Origin: Salpingoeca rosetta
Taxonomy: Eukaryota; Protista; Choanoflagellata
Length of the DNA: 14,420 nucleotides
Direction of reading: 5' to 3'
NCBI GenBank assembly: GCA_033442325.1
Contig: JAWQFM010000029.1
Location: forward strand, 440,014-454,433
The position numbers were made by a program, and so were the translations under genes. The notes under the pieces were generated by a model. It was not told the origin of the DNA and made no database searches. It was given only the letters and a program-made list of their open reading frames with translations. This document shows positions 1 through 14,397 of the stretch, piece after piece (position 1 is the stretch's first letter; each line of letters opens with the position of its first letter).

Positions 1-378
1 TTGGGGGTTGAGCAGCGATTTTTCCTCATAAGAGTATTGCACACGCACACTTCGTGACGTCGGCCTGTCCTGCTCTTCGGAGTCAGATCCTTCTTTCATC
101 ACAGCCACTCGTGGGCAAATTGCAAAACCGCTCGCTATCCTTCGCGACTTCAACAGGGTATCTCCGCTGCCCTCTGCACATTCGTTGCGCCGTCCACTTC
201 TTTGCGCCTTTTTCTTGCTCTTGTTGCACTTGCGCTTGTTCCACCTGCCGTCCCTTCCGTTCGGGTCCAGGTGACGTCGTAACCTACTTGGTTGTTGAGA
301 GAGCGAAAAAAATGAATGCACACGCACACTTTCGCTTCACTTGTATGGCTTCTGCTTCCCGACAATGTCGGCTGCCAT
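1..378 (-). CDS. Possible 5' end of an unknown minus-strand gene running off the window
   Basis: ATG at 378 gives MAADIVGKQKPY. A candidate 57-nt GT-AG intron (340-284) with a T-rich 3' region is followed by a frame open from 283 to position 1 (LRRHLDPNGRDGRWNKRKC...). The region has no microsatellites. No homology is recognisable. Confidence 0.25.
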
Positions 379-585
379 ATCCTCCTGCGCAATTTTTTGC
401 AGACTCAGGTGACATGTGACTCAGCAAAACTGCGGACACGCCCCCTATCCAGTCCGTTTCTGCGCGTTTCTGCTCTGCGTTTCTCAAAGACGTGTTGTCT
501 TGCCATTTTGGGGAAGAGTTGGCGGTGACATGGCGTTGGTTTATTGTTGGTAAAATGGTAAAATCAGGGATCAGGCGAACGAACA

Positions 586-588
<3 letters not shown>

Positions 589-629
<41 letters not shown>

Positions 630-647
630 GTGTGTGTTTGTGTGTGT
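589..647. repeat. (GT)n microsatellite downstream of the aminotransferase stop
   Basis: Seen directly. Confidence 0.9.
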
Positions 648-719
648 CATCTCTTTTGTGTCACATCTCCTGCCACCCACCACCACCACCACTTGCAACC
701 ACCCCTTCAGTTCTTTCGC

Positions 720-3816
<3,097 letters not shown>

Positions 3817-4320
3817 ATGGGCTTGTTAACCATCATCAAGAAGCTCAAGATGAAGGAGAAGACCGTCCGCATCCTCATGCTGTGCGTAGCGACGTGGTTT
3901 ATCATGCTCCAACAACCAATCAAAAGCAAACACGCAAACAGACACACTGCGCTGCGACGTGTCTCCCCCCCCCGCGCCTCTGTCTCTGTCTGTCTCTGTC
4001 TCTGTCTGTCTCTGTCTCTGTCTCTGTCTCTCTGTCTCTCTGTCTCTCTCTCTGTCTCTGTCTCTGTCTCTGTCTCTGTCTCTGTCTCTCTGTCTCTCTG
4101 TCTCTCTTGCTTCCCTGCACTGCCCTCACTTGGCAACTCCCTGCGCACCTCCTTCAGGGGCCTTGACAACGCTGGCAAGACCACCATCCTGCGCAAGTTC
4201 AACGGCGACGACATCAACACCATCATGCCCACCCTCGGCTTCAACATCAAATCCCTCGAACACAACGGGTAAGAGGGCGAGGGCGCACGTGTGCATATGT
4301 GTTTGTGTTTGCGCGCGCGC

Positions 4321-4352
<32 letters not shown>

Positions 4353-4650
4353 GAGTGTGTGTGAGTGTGTGAGAGTGTGTGTGTTTGTGTTTGCGCGCGC
4401 GCGTGTGTGTGTGTTTGTGTGAGTGTGTGTGTGTGAGTGTGTGTGAGTGTGTATTGTGGCGGTAGGTGAGCTTTTATCCTCGCTTGTTATCCTCATGCCT
4501 GCGTGCCTCGTTCCTTCACACACACACACACACATGCACAACAGATACACGCTGGACTTTTGGGATGTGGGCGGCCAGAAATCGCTGCGATCCTACTGGC
4601 GCAACTACTTTGAGAAGACAGACGGCCTAATCTGGGTAAGGGAGCACAGT

Positions 4651-4690
<40 letters not shown>

Positions 4691-4883
4691 TGTGTGTGCA
4701 CGTGTGCACGTGTGTACGTGTGCGTACCTCTTGAAGCGTTCTATCCACACCCTGCGCCTCTGCAACCGCTCATGCTCCCACGCTGCCGTCACGCCAGGTG
4801 GTGGATTCGTGTGATAAGCGACGATTGGAGGACTGCAAGGCCGAGCTGCAACTGCTGCTGCAAGAAGAGGTGCAATCGTTCGT

Positions 4884-4969
<86 letters not shown>

Positions 4970-5433
4970 TCTCTGCACGCGTGCGCATGTGTGCGTCTAT
5001 TCTTCGCTTGCCTTGCCAGCGTTTCAACCCATCCGTTGTTCTCATCTTTTTTGTTCCCTCGGCTTGATCTGTTTGCTCTGTGCACACTATTCACCCTTTG
5101 TCCACCGTGCTCTCACACCATCACCCATACACACACACAACACACACACACCCGCACACAACACCCGCACACAAAAAATACACACAACGCACGCACCCTG
5201 CAGCGGCTGGCTGGCGCGTCGTTGTTGGTGTTTGCCAACAAGCAGGATCTGCCTGGTGCGCTCTCCTCGGACGCCATCCGCGAGGCCCTCGAGCTCGACA
5301 GCCTCAAGGGCCACCACTGGAGAATACAGGTCGATAGGTGTTGTGCTGTGCTGTGCTGTGTGTTGTGCTGTGTGTTGTGCTGTGTGTGTGCGTGCGTGTG
5401 TGCGTGTGTGTGCGTGCGTGCGTGCGTGTGTAC

Positions 5434-5525
<92 letters not shown>

Positions 5526-5746
5526 CTGCTGTCGCTTTGTGTCGGTCAGCTCAAGCGTGCAGTACTCGTGCGTGGTGATATGCTGTCACTTTGGACACGT
5601 CCTTCACACACCGTTTCATTATCCAACACACACACACACACACGCACGTCATGCAGAGCTGCAGCGGGGTGACTGGGGATGGGCTTGCGGAGGGCATTGA
5701 CTGGATGGTGCATGACATCTCCTGCCGCATCCTTCAAGTCGACTGA
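3817..5746 (+). CDS. ARL2: ADP-ribosylation factor-like GTPase 2 (ARL2), complete, 184 aa
   Basis: Exons 3817-3881, 4158-4268, 4545-4635, 4798-4869, 5204-5329, 5657-5746 (TGA); 555 nt, all GT-AG. Protein [31 protein letters not shown]...PTLGFNIK...[29 protein letters not shown]...[21 protein letters not shown]...[11 protein letters not shown]. GTPase boxes are present, with the ARL2-typical MGLLTI and [13 protein letters not shown]. Confidence 0.96.
3978..4107. repeat. (TCTCTG)n/(TCTG)n compound microsatellite in ARL2 intron 1
   Basis: Seen directly. Confidence 0.93.
4887..4968. repeat. (GT)n microsatellite, ARL2 intron 4
   Basis: Seen directly. Confidence 0.95.
5338..5523. repeat. Compound (TGTGC)/(GTGC)/(GT)n repeat, ARL2 intron 5
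   Basis: Seen directly. Confidence 0.9.
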
Positions 5747-5880
5747 TGAAAGAGAGAGAGGAAGAGAGGAAGAGGGGAACGGCGAGGGATACGGCCATGT
5801 GTACACGTGCGTGTGAGTGTGTGAGGTGTGTGTGTGTGTGTGTGTGTAACAGTGTCTTGCTGTGAGTGTGATACGTGTCA

Positions 5881-5916
5881 CGGTTGCGATTGCAGTTGCG
5901 GTTGCGGTTGCGGTTG
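5881..5916. repeat. Degenerate (CGGTTG)n hexamer repeat between ARL2 and RICTOR
   Basis: cggttg cgattg cagttg cggttg cggttg cggttg. Confidence 0.8.
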
Positions 5917-6135
5917 ATGTGTCGTGTTGATAGTTGATGTTGTTTTGGCAAGGCAAAGGCGACACAAACACACCAGCTCAACCTCGCCGTTGTTGGCGTT
6001 TCGTAAAAGATGCCCAATAAATTTCGGCAACTTCGCAGAGCAAGCAACAAGAGCAGTGATCATCAAATCACCCACCCCACACACGGCCGCACGCACCCTT
6101 CCTCGCTCACGTCAAGTACTGCCACCCAGGCCATC

Positions 6136-7271
6136 ATGTCACTGGCTGCCGCAGCGCTGCGTCGCCGCGGCGAAGGTGCAGTCTCACGCCCGCTCTGTGT
6201 CTATGCGTGTGTGCGTGTGCGTGTGTTTTGTCCACGTGCGTGTGCTTGAACGCACGTGCACGCTCGTGTGCGTACGTGCATGACAATAACACGTCTCACA
6301 TCCACATCACCTCCTGCTTCAACAGCCACAAAGTCGCTGCGGCAACGGAGGTCTCTCCGCGAAGGCGTGCATCAGCGCGTCACCAGCATGAGTGGTACGT
6401 TCATGTTATTACAGAACATCGTCGATCAAACCACGCGCCCGCCACTTGTTGCCATGGACATGAAGATGCAAACACCTCCTTCACGGTTTTGCTGAACCCC
6501 TCAATTCCATCCCCTCCTCCTTGCGCTCTCATGCTGTTGCTCCACTTGACAGACAACGATGAGAAGATCCGCGCCATCCTCGACGCCATTCTCTCCGATG
6601 AGGAGACCACCCCAACAGACGAAAAGGCGCGTGTGTGCGTGGTGCTGTTTGTGGCACGGATGCTTGTTTTCGTGCCATCCAATCAATCTGCAATTCCTCA
6701 CCATGCCGCAATCCCCACATTGTTGTTGCTGCTGCGCTTTCCAGGTTCATTTCCTGAACCAGCTCACCAACCTCTTTGGAAAGACGGCAGCAGCAGACGC
6801 CCTCTCTGTCAGTGGCGTCTCCCTCCACGAAATCCTTGCATCGTAAGTGTTTGTGCGTGCGTGCGTGTGTGTGTGTGTGTGTGTGTGTGCGTGTGTGTGT
6901 GCGTGCGTGGAGGGGCGTGTGCTGTGTTTGTGCTGTGTGCATGTTTTCGTGTTCGCGCTTGTGGGTGGCGCCTGAGTGGTTGTGAGCTCATTTCAGTTCA
7001 CGCTTCGTATATCATGCTTCGAACGCTCTGCCCATGTTTCAGGCTGCGCATGTGTCTTGCAAACTCGTCCACGCAGTTGCGTGCCGCCACTCTCCGCTGC
7101 CTCCGCCATTTCGTCGCTTCCGGTGCGTGCACATGCAAGTGTATGTGCTTGTAGGGCTTGTGCGGTCGTGGCTGTGCGTGTATGTATATGTGTGTGTATG
7201 TGTGTGTGTATGCACGTGTTGTGCATATTTCCGTCCACTCACGTGTTATCAACCACCCGTCCGTTCTCACC

Positions 7272-7306
<35 letters not shown>

Positions 7307-7576
7307 TCAAACAACCACGATAGCGGAGACGTGTGCGATTGCGTACGACCTTGGGCTGGACTTCTTCCTCGTGCGGTCGGTGCAGCAGTTTGACACGCGC
7401 ATCGAGGAGGTGGAGCGTATGCAGGCCATGGCGCTCATTCGCCAGGTCATGCGCCTCGCGCCAGACGACTTCCCGCGAACACTCTGTAGGCCGCGCTGCA
7501 AACGTGTTGTGTGTGTGATTGTTTGTTTGTGTGTGACGGTGTGTGTGTGTGCTGTGTGACCGTGATGTGTGTGTGT

Positions 7577-7628
<52 letters not shown>

Positions 7629-8111
7629 GATATGCATGTTTACCGGTTGGTGCGTTTTTGCGCTTCTCTCAACGTGAGCGCGAAATGTGTAACAACAAAC
7701 GGTGCTCCTCACAGCACAATACATGCTGTCATCTCACCTCAACCATGAACACGTCGTCACCACCACCACACCATCAGCGTCGTGCGTGGCTGCGGTTGCG
7801 CAGTCCCCCGATGACGCCCTGCGCATGCTCGCCCTGGAGCTCCTCTGCGAGATGGCCGTCCGCGCGCCCCACGCATGCTGCTACTGCTTCGGCTTCGAGG
7901 TGATGATGTTGGTGGTGCTAGCGGTGATTGTGGTGGTGGTGGTGGTGATGATGATGATGATGGTGCTTTGTATGCTGGTGGCGGCGACTATGGTGGTAGT
8001 GATGTAATCAACCACCCTTGCACGCACATTCAGCTGCTAGTATTTGTGGATGTGTCCTCTCTGCAACACTGACACACACTGCCCGTTGCACTTTCCCCCT
8101 CCACCCCTCCT

Positions 8112-8177
<66 letters not shown>

Positions 8178-8959
8178 CGCACACACGCACGCACACACAC
8201 ACACACACACACACANNNNNNNNNNNNNNNNNNNNNNNNNNNNNNNNNNNNNNNNNNNNNNNNNNNNNNNNNNNNNNNNNNNNNNNNNNNNNNNNNNNNN
8301 NNNNNNNNNNNNNNNNNNNNNNNNNNNNNNNNNNNNNNNNNNNNNNNNNNNNNNNNNNNNNNNNNNNNNNNNNNNNNNNNNNNNNNNNNNNNNNNNNNNN
8401 NNNNNNNNNNNNNNNNNNNNNNNNNNNNNNNNNNNNNNNNNNNNNNNNNNNNNNNNNNNNNNNNNNNNNNNNNNNNNNNNNNNNNNNNNNNNNNNNNNNN
8501 NNNNNNNNNNNNNNNNNNNNNNNNNNNNNNNNNNNNNNNNNNNNNNNNNNNNNNNNNNNNNNNNNNNNNNNNNNNNNNNNNNNNNNNNNNNNNNNNNNNN
8601 NNNNNNNNNNNNNNNNNNNNNNNNNNNNNNNNNNNNNNNNNNNNNNNNNNNNNNNNNNNNNNNNNNNNNNNNNNNNNNNNNNNNNNNNNNNNNNNNNNNN
8701 NNNNNNNNNNNNNNNNNNNNNNNNNNNNNNNNNNNNNNNNNNNNNNNNNNNNNNNNNNNNNNNNNNNNNNNNNNNNNNNNNNNNNNNNNNNNNNNNNNNN
8801 NNNNNNNNNNNNNNNNNNNNNNNNNNNNNNNNNNNNNNNNNNNNNNNNNNNNNNNNNNNNNNNNNNNNNNNNNNNNNNNNNNNNNNNNNNNNNNNNNNNN
8901 NNNNNNNNNNNNNNNNNNNNNNNNNNNNNNNNNNNNNNNNNNNNNNNNNNNNNNNNNNN

Positions 8960-9033
<74 letters not shown>

Positions 9034-9942
9034 GTGGTGGTGATGGGGATGATCATGGCGGTAGTGATCATGGTGGTGGTGGAAATGGAGAACGGTGGTG
9101 GTTATTGTGGTATTACACAAAGGAGAAGAACGAGTCTTGTGCATGTGCACGTGCGTTTCCGTCGTTGGTCCACTCGACATTGTTCCCCCTCCTCCACAAC
9201 ACGGTCCGCTCGCATGCTCATCATCCTGTCCCTCCTCCATTCCTCCATGACCTTCGTACGACCACGCCCACGATCAGGGCTGGTGTATCTCTCGGGCGCC
9301 GGCGGCATCAAGTGTGTGCTGGACACCCTCACCCTCCCCGACATTGCAACGGTACAGACCTGCACTTGGAGTAATCGTGGTGTTGGGCTGCTGCGGTGTT
9401 GGAGGTTGCGGTTGCAATATCTTGTCGTGATCATCGAAAAGCACAATGTGCTGCTCAACATCAATACTGTTTACAGGCACCACATCACACCTCAACAAAC
9501 CGACCCCTCGCAAACGTCCACTCACTCGCTCACTCACTCACTCACTCACTCACTCACTCACTCACTCACTCACTCACTCACTCACTTACTCACTTACTCA
9601 CACACACTCTCTCTCGCTCACATACTCGCTCACTCTCTCACACGCGTCCACTGGCCTCAATACCGCCACCACCCACCACTATCATCATCACCATCATCAT
9701 CGCTGAGGACAGGATGAGCTTCAGCTTGCTGTGATTGACATGGTCTACGAGATGCTCGTGCTTGATTTCCCAGACACGAGCGAGACAGACGTCAAGAAGG
9801 GCTTCGAGGGGGTGAGACACACACGCACACGTGCTGTTGTTATTGTTGCCGGTGCTTGGTGTACTTGTGATTGTGCACTGAGCCGCCGCTCTTGTCTTCG
9901 TGTCACTGTCTTCGTCATATTGTGACCTGGCGTGTCTTGTTG

Positions 9943-9988
<46 letters not shown>

Positions 9989-11131
9989 TCACACACACAC
10001 ACACTCACACACACACACACACACTCACTCGCTCACTCACTCGCTCACTCATGCCCCTCCTCACTTCCACACCCTACTAACTTGCTGCGGCGCGTCCTAT
10101 TTGTTGCTGCTTGGCAGATGTTTGGCATTCAGACGTCTTTTCTGCGGAGAGAAAGTGGGTTGATATCATTGATCATGTCCCGTTGCTCGTGTCATGACAG
10201 GACTGAACCACGCATACTCTCTCTCTCTCCCTCAATGCCACTTCCCATGCAGCCTTTGTCCCATTTGCATTTGCACCCTCTCAGTTCTCACCCATGCGCC
10301 ATCACCGCCAACACCTATCCCCTATCATCACCACCATCGTCGCCACCACCATCGTCGTGGTGTTGGTGCAGACCGCATTGACCTGATGGACGTGTATCGC
10401 GCCGCCGTGCTCGTCGCCCTTCTCGACGCAAACATCATTGAGACGCTCGTCTCGGTATGCACTCACTCACTCACTCACTCACTCACTTACACACACACAC
10501 ACACACTCGCTCACTCACTCACTCACTCACTCACACACTCACACACTCACTCACTCACTCACTCACTCACTCACACACTCACTCACCCACTCACACACAC
10601 ACTCACTCACTCACTCACTCACACACTCACTCATACACTCACTCGCTCACACACACACACATACACGAACGAACGATCGAGGCAACCATCCATACATCCA
10701 TGCGTTGTCGCTTGCACTCCGTAGTCTCACCAACCAATCCCCCCCCAATTCCCCAACACCCAACACCCAAACCCCCACATTGCAGGTCATTTCGAACGTG
10801 GATGGAGAGACGGTCGGCTGGCCGGCAACGGTGCTGCTGTGTAACCTGATCCACCTCACCTCCCGCCTCCTCCCACGGCCCACAGCCACCTCCATCCTCG
10901 TACGTGGTGCACTCATACACGCACGCGCGCGGGCATGTGTTGATGATGGCTGATTGCTCCTGCTTTGTTCCCCAACTTCCTTGCACTCATTTCCATCACT
11001 CTTGTCTTTCTTTCCGCACGTGCCATGTTCTTGCCATTTCACACGCACACAAACACACGCATACACACACGCACACACACGCACACGCACACGCACACAC
11101 ACGCACACAAACACACACGCACACGCACACG

Positions 11132-11220
<89 letters not shown>

Positions 11221-11969
11221 NNNNNNNNNNNNNNNNNNNNNNNNNNNNNNNNNNNNNNNNNNNNNNNNNNNNNNNNNNNNNNNNNNNNNNNNNNNNNNNN
11301 NNNNNNNNNNNNNNNNNNNNNNNNNNNNNNNNNNNNNNNNNNNNNNNNNNNNNNNNNNNNNNNNNNNNNNNNNNNNNNNNNNNNNNNNNNNNNNNNNNNN
11401 NNNNNNNNNNNNNNNNNNNNNNNNNNNNNNNNNNNNNNNNNNNNNNNNNNNNNNNNNNNNNNNNNNNNNNNNNNNNNNNNNNNNNNNNNNNNNNNNNNNN
11501 NNNNNNNNNNNNNNNNNNNNNNNNNNNNNNNNNNNNNNNNNNNNNNNNNNNNNNNNNNNNNNNNNNNNNNNNNNNNNNNNNNNNNNNNNNNNNNNNNNNN
11601 NNNNNNNNNNNNNNNNNNNNNNNNNNNNNNNNNNNNNNNNNNNNNNNNNNNNNNNNNNNNNNNNNNNNNNNNNNNNNNNNNNNNNNNNNNNNNNNNNNNN
11701 NNNNNNNNNNNNNNNNNNNNNNNNNNNNNNNNNNNNNNNNNNNNNNNNNNNNNNNNNNNNNNNNNNNNNNNNNNNNNNNNNNNNNNNNNNNNNNNNNNNN
11801 NNNNNNNNNNNNNNNNNNNNNNNNNNNNNNNNNNNNNNNNNNNNNNNNNNNNNNNNNNNNNNNNNNNNNNNNNNNNNNNNNNNNNNNNNNNNNNNNNNNN
11901 NNNNNNNNNNNNNNNNNNNNNNNNNNNNNNNNNNNNNNNNNNNNNNNNNNNNNNNNNNNNNNNNNNTCG

Positions 11970-12044
<75 letters not shown>

Positions 12045-12246
12045 AGTGTCAGTGTCAAGCATGACGCACACCGTTTGTTCACCCCCACCCCCAACCTACT
12101 CCCCTAATCCTCCTCTCACCCCCTGCAGAGACGGCGCGGTATCTGCGTGACAGCGCACTCCTGCCGCGAATCGCCAGCATCCTCGACAGCACCGCCGCCG
12201 GCCAGGAGGTGCGATGGCATATGCGATACGCACTGCATTCATCTGG

Positions 12247-12286
<40 letters not shown>

Positions 12287-13773
12287 GGTGGTGGTGGTGG
12301 TGGTGGTGGTGGTGGTGGTGGTGGTGGTGGTGGTGAGTGCACTGCTGTAGACATGTCAGCTTGTTGCGTGTGTGTGTGTGTGTGTGCGTGTGCGTGCGTG
12401 AAAGTCTTCACACAGACAGCGCACTCACTAGTCCATGCGCATGTGCTTACCTCCCACCACCAACCCCCCCCCCTCCTCCACACGTCCACGTCTACGACCA
12501 CGACCACCACGGTGACTGGGCGTGACTGTCATAAATGCTGTAGGCGCCGCTGCTGTCGAAGCGGCGGGTGGCGACGACGCAGGCGCGCGACTACTTCCAA
12601 CTCATCGAGGCAGCATCCTCTACATCACAGTACGAGCCAGACGCACATGTAGCACTCTGTGTGTGTGTGTGTATGAGTGTGTGTTGTGGTGGTGTTTTGC
12701 CCGTATTGTAACATCAACGCTGCCGATGCCTCATCCATCCATCACACACACACTCACACACACTCACACACGCTCACACACACTCACACACTCACACACT
12801 CACACACACACACACACACACATCTTCAGCGGGCACATGCTGCTGCAGGAGTCTGGCGTGCTGGTGGCGCTGCAGGCGTGTGCGCGGAACAAGGCGCGAT
12901 CTGATTTGCAGGCGCTCATTGCGCGGCACCTCGACATCCTCCCCGACGTGCCGCAGGGATCAGCCGTCACCGCACGCAAGATCATGGAGTGCGTCGTGGC
13001 CACACTTGTTGTTGTGGTGGTGTGTGGTGGTGGTGATGTAGTGTGATGTTGTTGCGCTGTGCTGGTGTGGCGTGTCGCAGACCCTGCCTCATCTCAAACT
13101 TGTCGCGTACCTCTAACAACCATCCATTGCACATCACACATCACATTGCACCACATCATGTCCCCCCACCTCCACGTATCATCCCACCTCCGTGCGCAGG
13201 TCGCTGCTGCACCACGGTTCGGATCGCGTCGTTGATGCCGTCTTTGAGCGCTTCTGGCGCACCCTCTCCAGCAACCAGGACTATGGAGGTGATGATCTTG
13301 GCGAGCGGCCTGTTGGCGCGATGTGGTGGTGGTGGTGGTGGTGGTGGTGGTGGGATTGTGGTTGTGGTCATGGTTGTGGTTGTGGTTGTGGTTATGGTTG
13401 TTGTAGACAGTGATGGTTTGGTTGCAGCGTTGAGCACAGTGTCGCTTCTTGAATGCTGGTGTTGGTGGTTTAGTTGCGTGGCTGCGGTGAAGATTGTGGC
13501 CACGCAGAACTCATCTGCTGGTGGTGGTGTTGATGGCACGATATGGCTTGACTTGCTTCAATCGCTCCCGCTCATCGCGCCTCCAATGCTCCAATGCTCC
13601 AATGCTCCAATGCTCAGGCTGCTGCCAGTGGACGGTGGCCGTTCTCATCAAATGCCTCTCTACAAAGTGCGATGCGTTTGCGAGGCGGTGTGATGGCGCG
13701 GGGTTGCGCTGCACTGGACACGTGCCCTCTTGGGTTTTGTGTGGGCGACCCCACTTGTGTATGCAACCATACG

Positions 13774-13830
<57 letters not shown>

Positions 13831-14268
13831 ACTCACACACTCACACACTCACACACTCACTCACACTTACACACTCACTCACACTTACACCACGATGCCT
13901 GCAGGCACGCGATGCATGCGCTGGAGCTGTTGCAGCGGGCATGTGCACAGGACGCCTTTATTGAGGTGGTGGCCGAACACGTGGAGGAACTCTGCGCAAT
14001 CAAGGACATTGGTGAGCACAATGATCGTAGCAGCGATGCTGGTGTCGACACATGGTGCATTCGCGATAAAGATGGTGCCATGCGATCACTAGCATGCGGA
14101 CGCACACTCAACATATCCAACACGCAAACACATTCTCTCCCTCACCACGCACACATCCATGCATCCGTCATCATCAGCGCGGCCGCTGCTGCTGCGAACA
14201 CTGAGCCACGACGTCGCATACAAGCGCATGTCGAACCTCGGATTCGTGGAGAAGGAACTTGCAGACTG
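6136..14268 (+). CDS. RICTOR: Rapamycin-insensitive companion of TOR (RICTOR/Avo3, TORC2 subunit); partial, with internal exons lost in two N-gaps and the 3' end beyond the window
   Basis: Exons: 6136-6175, 6326-6394, 6553-6626, 6745-6842, 7043-7122, 7324-7485, 7778-7899, [gap], 9278-9351, 9713-9811, 10118-10154, 10372-10454, 10786-10899, [gap], 12129-12208, 12544-12629, 12830-12988, 13200-13288, 13618-13666, 13905-14011, 14178-14268. Phases are consistent between gaps. Peptides match animal RICTOR as recalled: LRMCLANSSTQLRAATLRCLRHF (cf. LRLALLNEAKEVRAAGLRALRYL), EVERMQAMALIRQVM..FP (cf. EVERTQALRLVRKM..FP), RIDLMDVYRA..LIETLVSVI (cf. RPDLMDNYLA), ATVLLCNLIHL..LLP, LLLRTLS...GFVEKELADW (cf. 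LLLRFLS...GYVAKQLEKW). Confidence 0.88.
8216..8959. other. Assembly gap (744 N) inside RICTOR
   Basis: Run of N flanked by (CA)n on the left and (GAT)n on the right. Confidence 0.99.
8960..9033. repeat. (GAT)n trinucleotide repeat, intronic
   Basis: Seen directly at the gap edge. Confidence 0.95.
9519..9640. repeat. (CACT)n tetranucleotide repeat, intronic
   Basis: Seen directly. Confidence 0.9.
10459..10666. repeat. (CACT)n/(CA)n compound repeat, intronic
   Basis: Seen directly. Confidence 0.9.
11040..11220. repeat. (CA)n/(CACACG)n repeat, intronic, at gap edge
   Basis: Seen directly. Confidence 0.9.
11221..11966. other. Assembly gap (746 N) inside RICTOR
   Basis: Run of N flanked by (CA)n on the left and (GT)n on the right. 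Confidence 0.99.
12246..12335. repeat. (GTT)n(GGT)n compound trinucleotide repeat, intronic
   Basis: Seen directly. Confidence 0.93.
13323..13404. repeat. (GGT)n/(GGTTGT)n repeat, intronic
   Basis: Seen directly. Confidence 0.85.
13581..13612. repeat. (CTCCAATG)x4 tandem repeat abutting a RICTOR acceptor
   Basis: Four exact copies followed by ctcAG (acceptor 13616-13617). Confidence 0.92.
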
Positions 14269-14330
14269 GTGCGCAGTATACACACACACACTCACTCACC
14301 TGCCATGCTTCTGAGCGTGCTTGGTCCCAC

Positions 14331-14397
<67 letters not shown>

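Noticed and set aside
3817-4272. Read-through ARL2 ORF of 151 aa with an SLSL/SVSV insert
   Set aside because: Intron 1 (3882-4157, 276 nt) is a multiple of 3 and stop-free, probably because it is A-poor. Retention would split the strand leading into the P-loop.
4720-4797. Possible minus-strand aminotransferase exon inside ARL2 intron 3 (donor-like GAG|GTACGC)
   Set aside because: No convincing similarity to the KAT II N-terminus in any frame.
9519-10666. Regular repeats as a CRISPR array or telomeric repeat
   Set aside because: Simple 2-4 nt units with no unique spacers, located inside introns of a eukaryotic gene.
8008-12150. 300-550 aa ORFs containing X runs
   Set aside because: They are open only because they cross N-gaps.
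12209-12338. Poly-Cys/poly-Gly exon extension to a perfect GTGAGT donor at 12333
   Set aside because: That donor is phase 1 while the next acceptor (12543) needs phase 0. The donor at 12209 preserves the RICTOR frame.
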